64,000 bases of DNA. Source: Oikopleura dioica (Eukaryota; Animalia; Chordata). The stretch is taken from the NCBI GenBank assembly GCA_907165135.1, contig OU015568.1, positions 12,710,001 through 12,774,000 of the forward strand, given 5' to 3'. The translations under genes and the position numbers were made by a program. This document shows, piece after piece, positions 1-13,100 of the stretch. Numbering within the stretch: the first letter of the stretch is position 1; each line of letters begins with the position of its first letter. The notes beneath the pieces were generated by a model that saw only the letters and a program-made list of their open reading frames with translations, searched no databases and had not been told where the DNA came from.

Positions 1-3000
1 TTGCATTTTTGAGTCACTAAATAGGTCTCAAGATTTTTCATCGAACATTCACATAAATGTCTTATGAGACCTTTCCTGCAGCTTGCGAGCACGGCACCAG
101 CAGATTTAATTTCTATACAAGTATGAGTTGAAGGGTTATAAAAGCGAGAATATTCATCGAGTATCCAAGTTTGTGAGGGGACCGCTAATTGACGCCCCTG
201 CACACGACTTTGACAAGTTTTAAAAACGGGCACTGCGACGCCTGTTACAACTGTGATGCACATTTCATAATCGTCAGATTTCCTAAAAAAGAATATATTT
301 TCGAAGAGAATGATTTCAAACCTTATGTCCTTGATGTTTGTGTACTCGAAATATTGATTTCCGAGCATACCATGGCAAGGAAAGATCTGGATCTGAGCAT
401 TGTCTTTTCCAGAACTGTCAAAACACTGTCTGTTATTTGGATTTCGTGCAGTCATCAGTCCTTGAAAAAAATTGAGATTTTTTCTTTTTTTAGTTGAAAA
501 CCTTGAGCAATGATTTCTCCGGCAAAAATCAAATCGCTGTTCATCGTGTAATCGAGCTCCGGTAGAACGTTTTCCATGTACCAATGAAACGATTTGCATT
601 GAAGATCTTCTCGAAGTTGAATTCTGGAGGTCAAGTCACCTTGAGAGGTTTATTGAAGAAGAAATCAAGGAGGACTACCTGCATCGATTTTCGCAAGATC
701 AGGCGACCCCCTTCTGAAGTAAACTTCTTGGAACTCATCGAGCCAGACGTCTGCGACCCGGATCGAATTCCTGATGATCGGAGTCTCTCCTCCAGGATGA
801 GAATAAGGCGATTTCTCGCGGAAAACATGCCCTCACGTTGGATTTCTCGACTTGTTGAAAATTCTCAGTGTTTAAAAAATAGAATATAGAATGAATCATG
901 AAACCGTAACTATATGCGAGCAGGGATGAATTTCCAAGCTCCCACCGCACATCCAAATCTACGTGTAAATGGTCAAAGTTAAAAATTCAGGCTACGTGAA
1001 TTTTTTACCCGGAAACTCATTTCCAAATTTTCGCCGCCCCAGATTTTCATCTCTTCGTCATAAGTTCCAAGCCAGTTGAAATACGCTTAGATCAATAATA
1101 ACGTTTCGATTCGCTCAAAATACCTTTATCCATCGTGAATAGACCGCCAGCCATCGTTGGTGATCGAATCGGTCGAGCTTCGTCTTTTAAAAATATTAAT
1201 AAAAAATTGATAAAATTTAGGTACATGCAGACGTATATGGATTTTGAGGACCATATGCTTCCATCCAGTAGAAGACGAGATTCCATCCGAACACTCCTTT
1301 GAAAATGTTGGCAGTTTTCGTCTCAGTAGTACGGAAAGTACCAGCGTCGATCACCTTAGTTCTTCAAATTGGTGTCTTACTAAAGATACCAAACCTCGAT
1401 AACAGGTGTCATCACTCTAGTTGGATCCTCAGCAATTCGTTCCAATAAAGGCTCCGCCCAACCAGGAAAACACTCGCAGTGTGCATCGAGAAAAGTAATC
1501 GTATCGGCTTTTGCCGCTGCTGCCCCAGCAAGACGAGCTTGAATAAGCCCCATTCTTGTTGGCTGCCTGATCACTTTCACGAAGTTTTCTCCCATTTTGC
1601 TGTTTATTTCATTAACAATGTATTGCTCCAGCTTTACTCCTAGCTCAGGTCTTTTGTCGATTTCCGATTTGTCATCGACGAGGATAATTTCGGTTAACAG
1701 GATTTTTGGCGTTGTTCCGAGGATAGAGTAGACCGTTCGCAATAGAGTGCATTCGGCTTCATTGTGAAAAACAATCACAACTGAAGTCGTCGGCAGCGGC
1801 TTCTTCCACCTTTTTGACATGCATTTGCTTGGTCGTTTGTCCGACAAGTGTCTTGTTAGTGCGATTTTGTTGCAAACGAACTCGTTGAAGCCGTGTCGTT
1901 CCCAGCCTTTATCAATTTTGGCCTTGTCTTCGGCAGACGGATTCTCTGGAACATACGCTTTCCCAAACTCACCAGGGTCCGACTTTCTTGGTAGAGGCTT
2001 TCTGAGACACGGTTGAAGCTCTTCATCAGAATAGCAATCATGTGGAACACCTGGTTCCAACAAAACACGTCCCTTGAACAAGCCGAACATCTTTTCCTTG
2101 CCATAATGATCTCCTCCCGCAAGAGGCTCTGCAATTATTTCTTGTTCATCGTCATGCGATTCTTGCTGCATTGTCTCATATTCTTCTTGGAGAAGCTCTT
2201 CTTCCCCTTCGTAATCTTCTGCCCGTAATTTGTCTTGAAGCCGTTTCTTCGCTGCTAATTGTCGGCGAAGAGCTTTTTATGATTATGAATCCATGTAAAA
2301 CTTATTAATATAATAACTGGATATATAACCATAACTTCTGCCGCTTCTTCCTTCTTTCTCAAAAACTCTTCTCTTTTCTTTTCACGCTCCTCTCGTTCTT
2401 TCAAAACTTTCTCACGTCTTTGCTGTTCCTCCCTGATTTTCTGAAGCTTTTCTTCTTCAGCGATTCTCGCATTTATTTCAGCTTGCTTCTGCTCTTTCAG
2501 TCTTCGTATCTTGTCGTCTACTTCTGCCTTCAGAATTTCCTTCTCTCGACGGATCTCGTGATCTGGCTCAAACTCGTAACTAGCGTATTCGTCGACTTCA
2601 ACGTCGACATCAAAAATGTCCTTGATCATTGCTTGCTCCTTATTATGAGTTCGCAGATGGGTGATTTTAAATTTTGAGCCCGAGGAAATGTTTTGCAGAA
2701 AAGATTCATAATCTTCAGGTTCTTCTTGTGGAAATGTCACTGATAAAATTGTGACTTCTGTTTCAGAGTTTAATTTTTCTGTGGCAATTTTACCAGACTC
2801 AATTTGAGTGACATTCTGAGACTCTAACTCCGAATCAGATACCGTAGTTTTTTCTTCTTGACTCTCGTTATCAGATTCACTCTCTTCTTCTTCTTCCAAC
2901 TCATTATCTTCATCTTCTGTATCGTCCTCTTCCTCGTATGATTCTTGTTCTTCATCCAACTCTCCTCCCTCTGACTCAACATCTCCATATTCCTGTATCT

Positions 3001-3256
3001 CCTCGTTGATTTCTATCTGATCTGCGAACTCTTCCTTTCCGTTAGCCACTTTTGGCTCTCTTTTTTCAAACCCGAAATTCGGAATTTCGGGAGCCACCGG
3101 CAATCCTGCTCTCAAATGCGCTAATTCTTCGTTTATTCCTCTCTCGACTTCGACTATCATTTGATTACTATTCGAATACAATATCGTGCACCAGAGTAAT
3201 AGTGCCAGTATCAAAGCATAAATGCACCCTGATCGTCGCCGTGATAACACAGCCAT
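1..3256 (-). CDS. GALNT: Polypeptide N-acetylgalactosaminyltransferase (multi-exon; 3' end unresolved, probably runs off the window start)
   Basis: N-terminal TM anchor ([17 protein letters not shown]), long stem, GT-A motifs [45 protein letters not shown] and PTMAGGLF in the downstream exon (1092-1286). Confidence 0.9.
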
Positions 3257-3722
3257 TAAAAATATCTTGTTTGTATTTTGTAAAAAAGTAGAAATTTCTC
3301 AGTATCTTTGGGACGCTGACCAGGAGATCCGGGATTGCGGCACTTGAGGAGAATACTTTCCAAAATTCATTGTTGCTCAGATTTTAACCGGTTTGGGTCA
3401 TGTCCAAGAAAAGGCTCTAATACAGTTTAAAATTTTATACAGTTGTGCTTCGGAATCTTTGATTACCACAAGTTTTAGTCTTATTATAAGATGTTTAACA
3501 TGCAATATTATTTTCCAGATAACATACAGTATGAAGCTCATTTTATTATCACTGATAATTTATCAGTTAATGATAACAGAATAGAACGCGCAACATTTTG
3601 ACACCAGCAAAGTCTTGATTTTGAATAAATATTTTTCAAAGTAATCGGAAAGCTCATTTCTTCATCGTTCCGATTCAACCTATGATTGTCCCTAATTTCA
3701 TTCTCCCTGGAGTCACAGTGTT

Positions 3723-4103
3723 TCACAGTTGATAACGCGTGCCCGTGAAGTGCTCGCCCCCTCTTGTGAAATTACTATTTTCATCAGCCTTGGTGAACGT
3801 TACTCGGTTCATTGTTGCCCGGTGCTCGAGTGCTCCATTCAAAATCTCACTAACCCTGGCATTGAGCTGAGTTTTTTTGAAAAAGAACGACAGAGAAAGA
3901 AAAGAAGCTTCACGCGCCGTTTCAACACACTCGCCGGGCGCCGCTTCTTTTGTCCAAAAGAAATATTTTGCTCGTCTTTCTTTTGGGTGGGAAGCTTTCT
4001 TTATTAAAGTTTCTGGTTTTACGATTTTCACGTTTTTCGCGCTCTGATGATTACCTAGCAGTAGTAAAAGGCGGTACACACGACACGAACACTCACCATC
4101 CAA
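3723..4103 (-). CDS. Possible small hypothetical protein
   Basis: 126-aa ORF containing an in-frame 42-nt GT..AG intron-like segment. No recognisable motif. Confidence 0.25.
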   Translation of the reverse strand: MDGECSCRVYRLLLLLGNHQSAKNVKIVKPETLIKKASHPKERRAKYFFWTKEAAPGECVETAREASFLSLSFFFKKTQLNARVSEILNGALEHRATMNRVTFTKADENSNFTRGGEHFTGTRYQL

Positions 4104-4205
4104 ATTGAAGCTGAGAAAAAAAGAGAGACGATAAGCCGGAGAAGCTTTATTTACTCAGATTCAAAACTCAGAGGTTTTTAACAGAAGAGAAAATTGGAAG
4201 AGAAA

Positions 4206-7200
4206 ATGGCAACTTTAAGGTAATTATAACATCGGTAGTCTTAATATGAATTTATATTTATTAAGAAATGCTCAATTCGGTTTTGATCCCGAAGATCTCA
4301 AACCAAAATGCACGTCCGTTTACGATTTGCTAGAAGACCTCATAAAACACTTTCGATACCTGATGGAAGACAACCCATCTCCACTACAGAAAGGTGTTTC
4401 CAGACCAGCACAAGTTTCATTGACAAAAATCAAAGAAGCACTATCAGAAATTCAGAAGACCGGCCACGAGGTATTCAAATTACCACCCTTTAGGCAAATC
4501 GCGTATTTTATTTCGCCTAATTTATTATCTGATTGCTCAATCTTACTTTAGGAAGTTCTTCCAAGTGCGGATAAAAAGTACACGCTCGCGCTCAAGCGAC
4601 AGATTGAAAAAACCCTGGGTGATGTGGATCATGAAGGGAAGAATTTCTACGCGGCTGCGCACACATTCACCTCCGATCCGTTAAATGTTGAAAAGCGGCA
4701 GACGATGATTAGTGCATCGAGGACGCTGGTGAGGGAAGTCACAAGATTACTCATCCTTGCTGATTATGTCGACGTCGCAAACATCGTCGAGCTTGTCAAT
4801 AATGCGGAACAGCTTTTTGCAAATGTCCGTCATGCGAAGAATAAGGGGGACTTCATGAATGCAATGAAAGAACTGGGTGCCAAATGTGGCGAAATTTACG
4901 TCAAATCTGGACAAAGGGAAGATGACATTCTCCCGGAACAAGAAGATCAGCGCTACGCCATCGCCGTTGCCAGACAGAATTTAAAAGGTAGGAAATCCTC
5001 ACCGTTTGCGAGATAAACTAAGCTCAAAAAAAGACGCTGGTATCCGATTAATAACTGCTGAAAATGCATATTTTGCAAATCCGAAGCTTATCGAGGCGGA
5101 GAGGGCGCAAACAGACGCGCGAAGACAGTTCCAGGAGGCGCTCAAACGGATTGCAGCAGTTATCAAAGGAGAAAACTTCCAAGGATACAGCGACGTCGGC
5201 ATCAATGCGGCTGATCTCACTATTCCGGCAAACATTGGTGAAGCATTAGAGGATTTTGATATGAACATTCCGGATCCTATTGACTTTGATTACCAGCAAA
5301 CTCCTCAGGTAATTTTTTTCAGCTGAAGCCAAAAACTATCAAATCAAGGATCTCCAATCTCGTCTCGAGAAGCTCATTGAAGGAGCTGCTGCTATTGCTG
5401 ATCTTGGATTCACAACTCCGAATCGGAAAGACCAAATCGTTTCCAGCTGCGAAGCCGTCCGAGAAGCTCTTACCGGTCTTCTAGATGACTACATGAACGC
5501 GTCAAAGACTGGTCAGCAGATAAATTTCCAAGATGCAATCGACAATTTGATAGAAAAGAACCGTTGTCTGCGAGAGTAAGTAGCTATTTAAAATAGCCTA
5601 TTTTTATACCTTTTTCTCATTCACTTCAAGCGAACTTCGCCGAGCAGCTGGTGACCAGATCGGAAACGCATTTCTCAACGCGCAGGTTCCTTTCCTCAAT
5701 CTCTACTCACTCGCGAAAAAGGGAGACAAATCTGGAGTTGACGAGTATGCACCTGAATTCGTCGAACATTCCGCCCAAATGGTCGAATCTGCGAAGATTT
5801 CTGCCTTCACAATTTCAAAGAACCCAGTGCTAAAGGCTAAAATTCTCCAAGCCGCGGAGGCGCTTTCCGACATGATTCAACCCGCAGTGACTTCAGCAAA
5901 GATGCTTGCTTCGGATAATCAACAGAAATGTTACATCGAACATATGGACGTTGTGATGTAAGAAAACGATAGCCTTCTACTTCTTATAAAGCCGATTTCA
6001 GGAATGAGTGGGAGCTCAAGCTCGCTAACTTGGTCGAAAGCGTCAACGAGTCCGTCGAACTCGTTGATTTCCTCGCAACTTCCCAGGAGCACATTCTCAA
6101 AGAAATCGGGGATTGTGTTTTGGCCGCGGAAGAAAAAAATGCCACGTGAGTTGCAAGATGAATAAAAAAAACAAGCTATAATTTACATAATGCGCTGACC
6201 TTTATCAACAACTTTAGTGGACTTGACAACGCCGCTGGTTTGATTTGTGGTCGCGTCCAGAGAATTTGTGAGGTTGTTTTGGCCGACATTGAACAATATG
6301 AGCCCGATTTTACTACAGAACAAGTCAAGGCAAGGGTTTAAGGAGTGATTTGTTAAAATATCTTATCGATTTTGTGCTCATAAACTTGACAGAACCCCTT
6401 GAAAGGAAGCAACAGAAGAACTCAAAGGTATCAACTTGCCTGAATTCTCAAAAGAAGCCACGGACGGCGTGGAGAACATCAATCAAAATGGCGAATGCGA
6501 CAAGGAGGAAATAATCAGAGTTTCCAACCAACTCTTTACTGGGGTTAATGAAGTTTTCAGGTTTACTCAGAATAAGAAATTGTCTTGACGTTCTTTAGGG
6601 CTGTGCTTCAGACACGAAGTCCCCACGAATACGCTCATCTACGTGTTGAGGATCCTGCGAACAACAGCTTCAGAGTACGTTTCAGCGGCAAGGCAATCGT
6701 AAACAAATTTTAAGGATGATGGTTCTGTAGCAACTGGTCTTCTGACTGTGGATACCGTGGATTCAACCGAACTCGCAGAGCGTGCTGAAGTCATCGATGC
6801 TTTGACTGAGGAACAACAAGTCGAAATCAAAGCTGAGATTGCTGGTACACTCAATTTTAAGATCACCGCATGGAAAACTGTTTCTTAGATTTCCAACAAA
6901 TTAGAGATCAAGCTCACCAGGAGTTTGATCGATGGGACGATGACCAGAACGATTTGATCACGATTGCCAAGAAAATGTCGTCAATTATGAAGCAAATGAC
7001 TGATTACCAGACAGGCGAAGGGCCTCTCCAGACAAACAGGGAACTTATCAAGGCCGCGAAGAAGCTTTCAGAATATGGAACAAAATTGAACAACAAAGCT
7101 GCACCAATTGCGGAAGAGTGTAAAGACAAAAATCTGTCGAACAATTTGAAGAGTCATTTGGCAAAGATCGACCCTCTTCAAGTAAAATTATTTACAACTG

Positions 7201-7600
7201 CAAGATCTTTATAAAGATTTTAGCATCAACTGAAACTCCTTTCTCGAGTCAAGCAAGAAGTCGAGTCTGTCGCTGGGGATTTGGTAGTTAGTGGCTTGGA
7301 ATCTGTCAACTCTCTCGTGCAAAATGCAAAGAATCTTTTGCGAGCTGTTCTGGAAACTGTGCGAGCTGCTCATACTTGCTCTATTCGACTTGAAGGTGCA
7401 CAAAATCATCATTTGAAAATATAACATAGCATATTTTAGCATCCCCGGTAATCTGGCGACCAAAAGTTCCTAATAAAGTTCCTTTGATGGCAACGAAAGA
7501 TCCCAACCAAAAAGAAAAATCGCGCAAAATTGTGCGACGAGAAACGAACAAATTGAAAAAACAAGAAAACACGCTCATGGATTTCATTAATATCGACTAA
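4206..7600 (+). CDS. CTNNA: Alpha-catenin (vinculin family), multi-exon
   Basis: FTSDPLNVEKRQTMISASRTLVREVTRLLILAD, EFDRWDDDQNDLITIAKKMSSIMKQMTDYQTGEGPL..NRELIKAAK and NLLRAVLETVRAAH match the alpha-catenin N, M and ABD regions. Includes GC-AG introns (e.g. AG|gcaaat near 4494). Confidence 0.85.
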
Positions 7601-7817
7601 CTTCTGATTCAAAATACCTATGTGTAAATAAAAATCCACTGAAAGAGCAAGTATTGGAAGAACATTCGCTGTATTTTTATTGAACTAGTTTGCATATGCA
7701 TGAATTCGGAGAATGAGTGAGTGTGAGAAAGAGCAGGGGATGAAGCAGTGAAGCGAATTCATGAAGAGAATAGTGGTAGAAATGAAAGGTCAATAGAGGT
7801 CATTATCGTACGTTGGT

Positions 7818-9440
7818 CTAACGGCGCTGTGGCGATCCGTACCCGTGGAGGGCTTTTGCCTTGAAAATCTTATAAATCGAGTTACGTAGAGATAAATACC
7901 TTGTCTCCTTGGTTGAGATTGACACCACTAGAAAGATCGGCTCGTCGGGATATGATCAACAAGTATTCGTTGCCTTTTTCTTGGCCATTCGAAAGTTGAG
8001 TTACTTGTTCGAAGGTCCAGCCGTCAGATAGGGATGATAGGGTATTTGTCAGGTCAAGTTCGGAGCATTGCAGGACGCTTCAAAGTTTTCATATACCAAA
8101 TAAACTCGGTTTATTTACCGATAAGTTGGTTGAACATTAGCAGATGGCGTGGGTGATTGACAGTTAGATCGTTCCATGAGTTTCTCCTTACACAGCGAGA
8201 TCAAACTCTAACAAGAAAAGTAAAGTTAAAAATTGAAAAGGGCAACAAACTTGTATATTGTAAAATTCTGCCTCCAAGAGAATTCCTTGTAGAGTAGCAT
8301 GACGAATTTCAATAAGGATTTCTGAGTGAAATCCTTACCCCCCTTTTTTATTGGCTCATCTGAAAGAGCGTAAAAAATTACCCTAGATGAGTCGGAAAGA
8401 TTGGCGAATTTTCGAACTTATGACGTCATAGCACGTGACGGAAGTTATGAAAGTACCAAACTTTGGACGCTTACCATTTTCATGTCGCTTGAGCTATCAT
8501 GACATGCAATACATGAAAATGATCGTCTGATCGAGATCTTGGTGTGCATTTAGGTTTCATCCCTCGAAAAAAATCTCATCCCTTTTATGAAAATCAGGTA
8601 CTAGTGATAAAGGGTTGAAAGAAATTTTTGAAGGGATGAAACCTAGATGCACGCATAGCTCTCGTCGCGACGATCATTTTCCACTATCACACGCCCTGAT
8701 AGCTAGAGAGGATCGAAAATGCGGAGCGTCCAAAGTTTTGGTACCTTTGGAACTTTGGTCACGTGCCATGACGTAATTTCGAGGGAAATTTCATCCTTTT
8801 TTGGGCGAATCTAGGATAACTTTTTACGCTCTTTCCAATGAGCCAATAAAAAAGGGGGGTAAGGATTTCACTCAGAAATCCTTATTGAAATTCGTCCATC
8901 GTTATCATAAATAAGCTTGTTGGTTCTCAGATAGTTGAGTAATAGCTCGAAATATGTAAATGATCGATCTGAATGTTAAAATAAATTACTCAAGTTTTAT
9001 CGATTTTATATAAATTGGTGGCGCATTAATCAAATTACCAATTAAAAAAGCGCCTGTCTCATCCTTTTCCGAGCCTAGGTCATTAAGCTGATCGACGTCG
9101 TTTGCGTCGATGGAGGCTAGTCGGGCGAGGAAGCTTTTTGGGTCTTTCTTGAGCGTCGTCTTCGTTGTTGTGAAATATTTTCCACCGACGTTGAGGGTGA
9201 TCCAGTTTTCGCTGATTGTTCCGTTTCTGTGGCCATTTCCTAAAATTAAAGATGACGGGTTTTTCATCGCTTATTTTAACAAACAAGTTCTTCTAAAGTT
9301 GTAGTACCAAAAAATTATTTATGTTAGATAAACCATCATTTTAATATCGTACCTTCTGCAACATCCGTCATTGAGCAAAAAGACATTTGCCCAACAGATG
9401 GGCGTCGATTACTTTCTATCTCGTGTTTTCCTTCTGTCAT
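7818..9440 (-). CDS. KCTD5: KCTD5/2/17-like BTB/POZ (T1) protein; a BTB exon is interrupted by the MITE at 8301-8896
   Basis: WITLNVGGKYFTTTKTTL, DETGAFLIDRSFTYFELLLNYLRTNKL|..GILLEAEFYNI and the C-terminal YRVLQCSELDLTNTLSSLSDGWTFEQ. Removing the MITE plus one TSD restores ...IYDNDATLQGIL... Confidence 0.85.
8301..8896. mobile_element. 596-bp foldback MITE, GACG- termini, 3-bp TSD (CAT); family shared with 30870-31475
   Basis: ~87-bp near-perfect TIRs (GACGAATTTCAATAAGGATTTCTGAGTGAAATCCTTACCCCCC...), degenerate symmetry further inward, direct repeat CAT at 8298-8300 and 8897-8899. Confidence 0.92.
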
Positions 9441-10161
9441 TCTTCCTGAGGGAATGGCTGTAGTAAAACAACTCTGACGGTACTTCTATGTTCTTCCTTT
9501 TTCCTTCTCTTCCTTGATTTCAATTCCTTGTAGTGAAGAAACTGTTCTGTAAAAGGTCTATTCTATATTCTGAGAGGCGCCAACGCGTTGTGCTGTGGTC
9601 CCAGGGCGCACCAGACACGAGCTAGATACACGGGAATGATACTGAAGAAACAAGCGCCACTATGTTCTCACAAATGGCAGGGTAATGAGATGCCGATATC
9701 CCTTCGAGTGGAAATACTCGAAGATGCTTCCCTTTCAATATCTACTGCCTAGCGCCGTAGGGAACCTTTCTAAAATAGAATTATCTTACACTAAAAGGTT
9801 TTTCTTCGCAAAAACTAACTATCAGGAAATATTAAAAAAATCGTTAATAAATCAGCGGCAAGTACATGAAACCTAGCTTTCAGCATAATAAATTTAAAAT
9901 ATCTTCTGGGAACTTTTATCTGCTTTAGAAGGTAATTATCTTTTTCGATGAAACATGCCAGAATACGATTTCTCTGCATAAAAACATTTCTCCGTGAAAA
10001 ACTGGTCTCTCGATTTTTGAGAGCGATCTATTTCAATTGATCGAAATCATTTGCATGCAGATCGCCTACGGGTTTAAGTTCTGTAAATTTATTATATTAC
10101 GTCGCGTGATAAACAAGGAAGTACAGTTTTTGAAAATTTGTTGAATGAAAAGAAAGGAGAA

Positions 10162-13100
10162 TTAAAGGCGTCTTGAAACGGGAACTTTATGTTTCTTGCC
10201 ATATTTGACATGTCGCTCTGGTTTTCCTTGAGTAACGCAGCACATAAGACAACCGAATGATACATTCAGAAACAAGTTCAAGATCACGAGAATATGACCG
10301 AAAAGCACTGTGGGGAGCCATTTGGCAGCACTCAGCTTTTCGAAAAGACTTGGAAAGCACCCTTCAGTGAAAATATTGTCCACGACATTTTCAATTGGAG
10401 CTGTTGTTGTAGTAGGAATAGCAGTAGTGGAAGTGTTGCTAGGTAAACAGGGCGATGGAACAGTGGAGTTTATAGGATCTGAATTGTTAGTAAGGCAAAT
10501 GTCGGATATATTTACAGAAGGAACTAATGTTCGGGCTGGCAGTTTTTGTCGCAAAATAGAATTCTCAAGGCCGCAGAATTTCGATTGTCGCTCGCAGCAA
10601 GATTCCGGAACAGGAAAGTCTCCGGGCGAAAGATTTAGCTCTTTGGGAATAAGAAAGTTTTGAGAAAATAAGCTTTCTTCATTGAAAGGGAACTCGGCAG
10701 ACGCTTCTCGACTACAAATATTTCTTATTTATTAGGTAGTTTTCCTTTATATACTAACCCAAGTCGTTGAGTTGTACACGGCTCTTCTTCACAGAAAGTC
10801 CCTCGGAGTGGCGGACCCATGAACCATGGGTAATTTGCTCGTTGATATGTCCACGGTAACGTTCGATCGTTACGGGTATCTTTCCATCTTCGCGATTTAG
10901 TCGTTGGCTGAGGCGTTGTTGTCGGTATTTGTTGAACGGGCACTTGTGGAGCGGGGTCATTTATATTTATAGTGCAGCCTGTGCAGGTGAAACCGCCGGG
11001 TAATGAACTTGAGTTCAACGGAATATCGTGTTCATTCGGATTGAGAGAACCATCTGGGTTTATCTTTGGAGGTGACACCGTTGGTGGAGGTGTAGGGTCT
11101 ACTCGAACAAAACCATATTCCTGAAACCAAAGAGGTACAGCATTCTGTCCGGCGAATAGTTTGATGATTGGATTCTCCTTTGCAAAGTCCCCAGGTCCAT
11201 TAATGCCGCAGCATTCAAACTTCTTATGGAAGAAATCGAGCGACAGACGCGTGGCAGTACGGTTTGACGCGGTGAGAAAGGAATATTGAAGTTGAAGAGC
11301 TGCTGCCTCGCGCCAGAGATTGAAATCTAGGTCGAGTGTAGAAAGAAGACTAAGTGCAGCTAATGCAAGGCCAAGTGAGCTGAGAATTAATTAGGTTCTT
11401 TTATGCTTGATTTCAAAACACCTGAAGACGGCAGTAGTTATTGCGAAGCCTTTTGATTCGTAACATACAGCGAAGAATGATAAAAAATTGACGAAGAAGA
11501 TGAAGCCAAGTGACGCGATGAGAAGCACTCTTGTGTGAAAGACGAAAAAAAGAATCGAGTAGACTTCCTCTCGATGATCTGGTTTCGGGAAGAGGTCATA
11601 GAGAATTGAGTCGTTCCAGAAAGATGGCTTTGGAATGAATGGTTGGAATTGCACTTCGCGGGGATCTGTTATGTTCGGATTGAATTTTCTTGGCGGAGCT
11701 TTGGCTGCTTGAGAAAATGGCTGCGTCCAGAGAAAAATCGGAAAAATAACAACCAAGATGATGAGACTGCATGAACCAAGATTGATAAGCTGCGCTAGAC
11801 TGGGCTCGGCAAACTGTGTCAGGAACAGACACAGAAACAGGAAAAAAAAATTCTGTCCCATATTTTACACAGGTACACAGGTCAGGAAGCAAAAATATCC
11901 TGATTTTAGACAGGTACTCAGACAGGTTTTTTCACACAGCTTATCAAACAGGTTACACAGGTCAGGGCCTGCCTGAACAGGTCTAAGCGGGTCAGAAAAC
12001 AGGAAACAGGCCCTGTGACAGGACAAAAAACAGGAAATTTCAAAGAAAAAATATTACAAAGAAACAAAAAGACGCGAATTTATCGGTTATTTTGATTGTT
12101 GTACTCTTTTTCACGTCTTTCGCTATTGATTTCTTTATACATTTTCCCTGACTTATGCAGTTCCTGACCTGGTTACACAGGAACCTGTCTATGGTCAGGA
12201 CCTGAGCGGGAAACACAGGTCTGTTTAACACAGAAACAGGAACAGGCAGGGTCTCGAAAAAAGCGTTGCCTGCCCGTGGTATTAGCGCCACCGCTCACTT
12301 TCGTCCACCGCGCTTTTGTTTTTCGCGCTAAAATTCCACCGCGGGCCCGTAGTAGCGCCACCCACGGACACGCGTAGAATTCCACGCGAGCCGGTGGAAA
12401 TAACGAGTGCCCAGTTTTAATTTTGCGCGCTCGCGGATAGGTCTCACCCTCGGCGAGCGCAGCTAACTTGAAGATTTAAATGTTTAATAATTATATTAAC
12501 AACAATAACCTCTATACTTATAAGTTATAACACTGGGAAATATGAACAAAAAAGTTCCCGGAAGTGGTAAGCTACCCGTTTGCTAAATATTAGCCGACTC
12601 ACAGTCGAGGATTACTTCCAAAAAGAACCAAATACTAGGACTAACCGTCAAGCGACCTTATCAGATAGTATTCATAATGTGTTAGTTTCATAATAATTGA
12701 GTGCACTTTGTTTTCCGATAGAAACCCTGTATTATATATAGGCTAAATTTATTCCTATTTTATATAAAATACATAACTTTACTTATCCCTCTTATATCTG
12801 AACTGGACTAGTAAAGATATTCTTTTATCAATTCATTTAATAGTGGCTTCTTAGTTCCCCACATTGGATCGGCAATCGGAACGAACTGTGTAGTGGTTCG
12901 TATTGCGCTCTGCGGGTCGCCGCTTGGTCTAACTCCCCTCTGGCGCAGGCCTTATTTAGCAAACCGAGCCACCGTTGTTTTTGAAAGTGTACCACGGGCG
13001 GGCCGTGGAACGGCGAAAGTGGGGGCGCTAATACCACGCGCGTACCACGCTTTTTTCGAACCCCTGGGAACAGGGACAGCAAAAGAAAAATTTATCCCCC

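Noticed and set aside
9670-9760. GGCAGGG..GAGATGCC stretch reminiscent of U1 snRNA
   Set aside because: It lacks the ATACTTACCT 5' end and a recognisable Sm site/stem layout.
12520-12620. Possible relic of a hAT dimerisation domain (W..KKFPEV..AKY) inside the nested element
   Set aside because: It contains stops and the match is too short to support without a profile search.
13045-13066. GGTTCGAA B-box-like motif
   Set aside because: It is part of the nested hAT TIR and has no tRNA structure.
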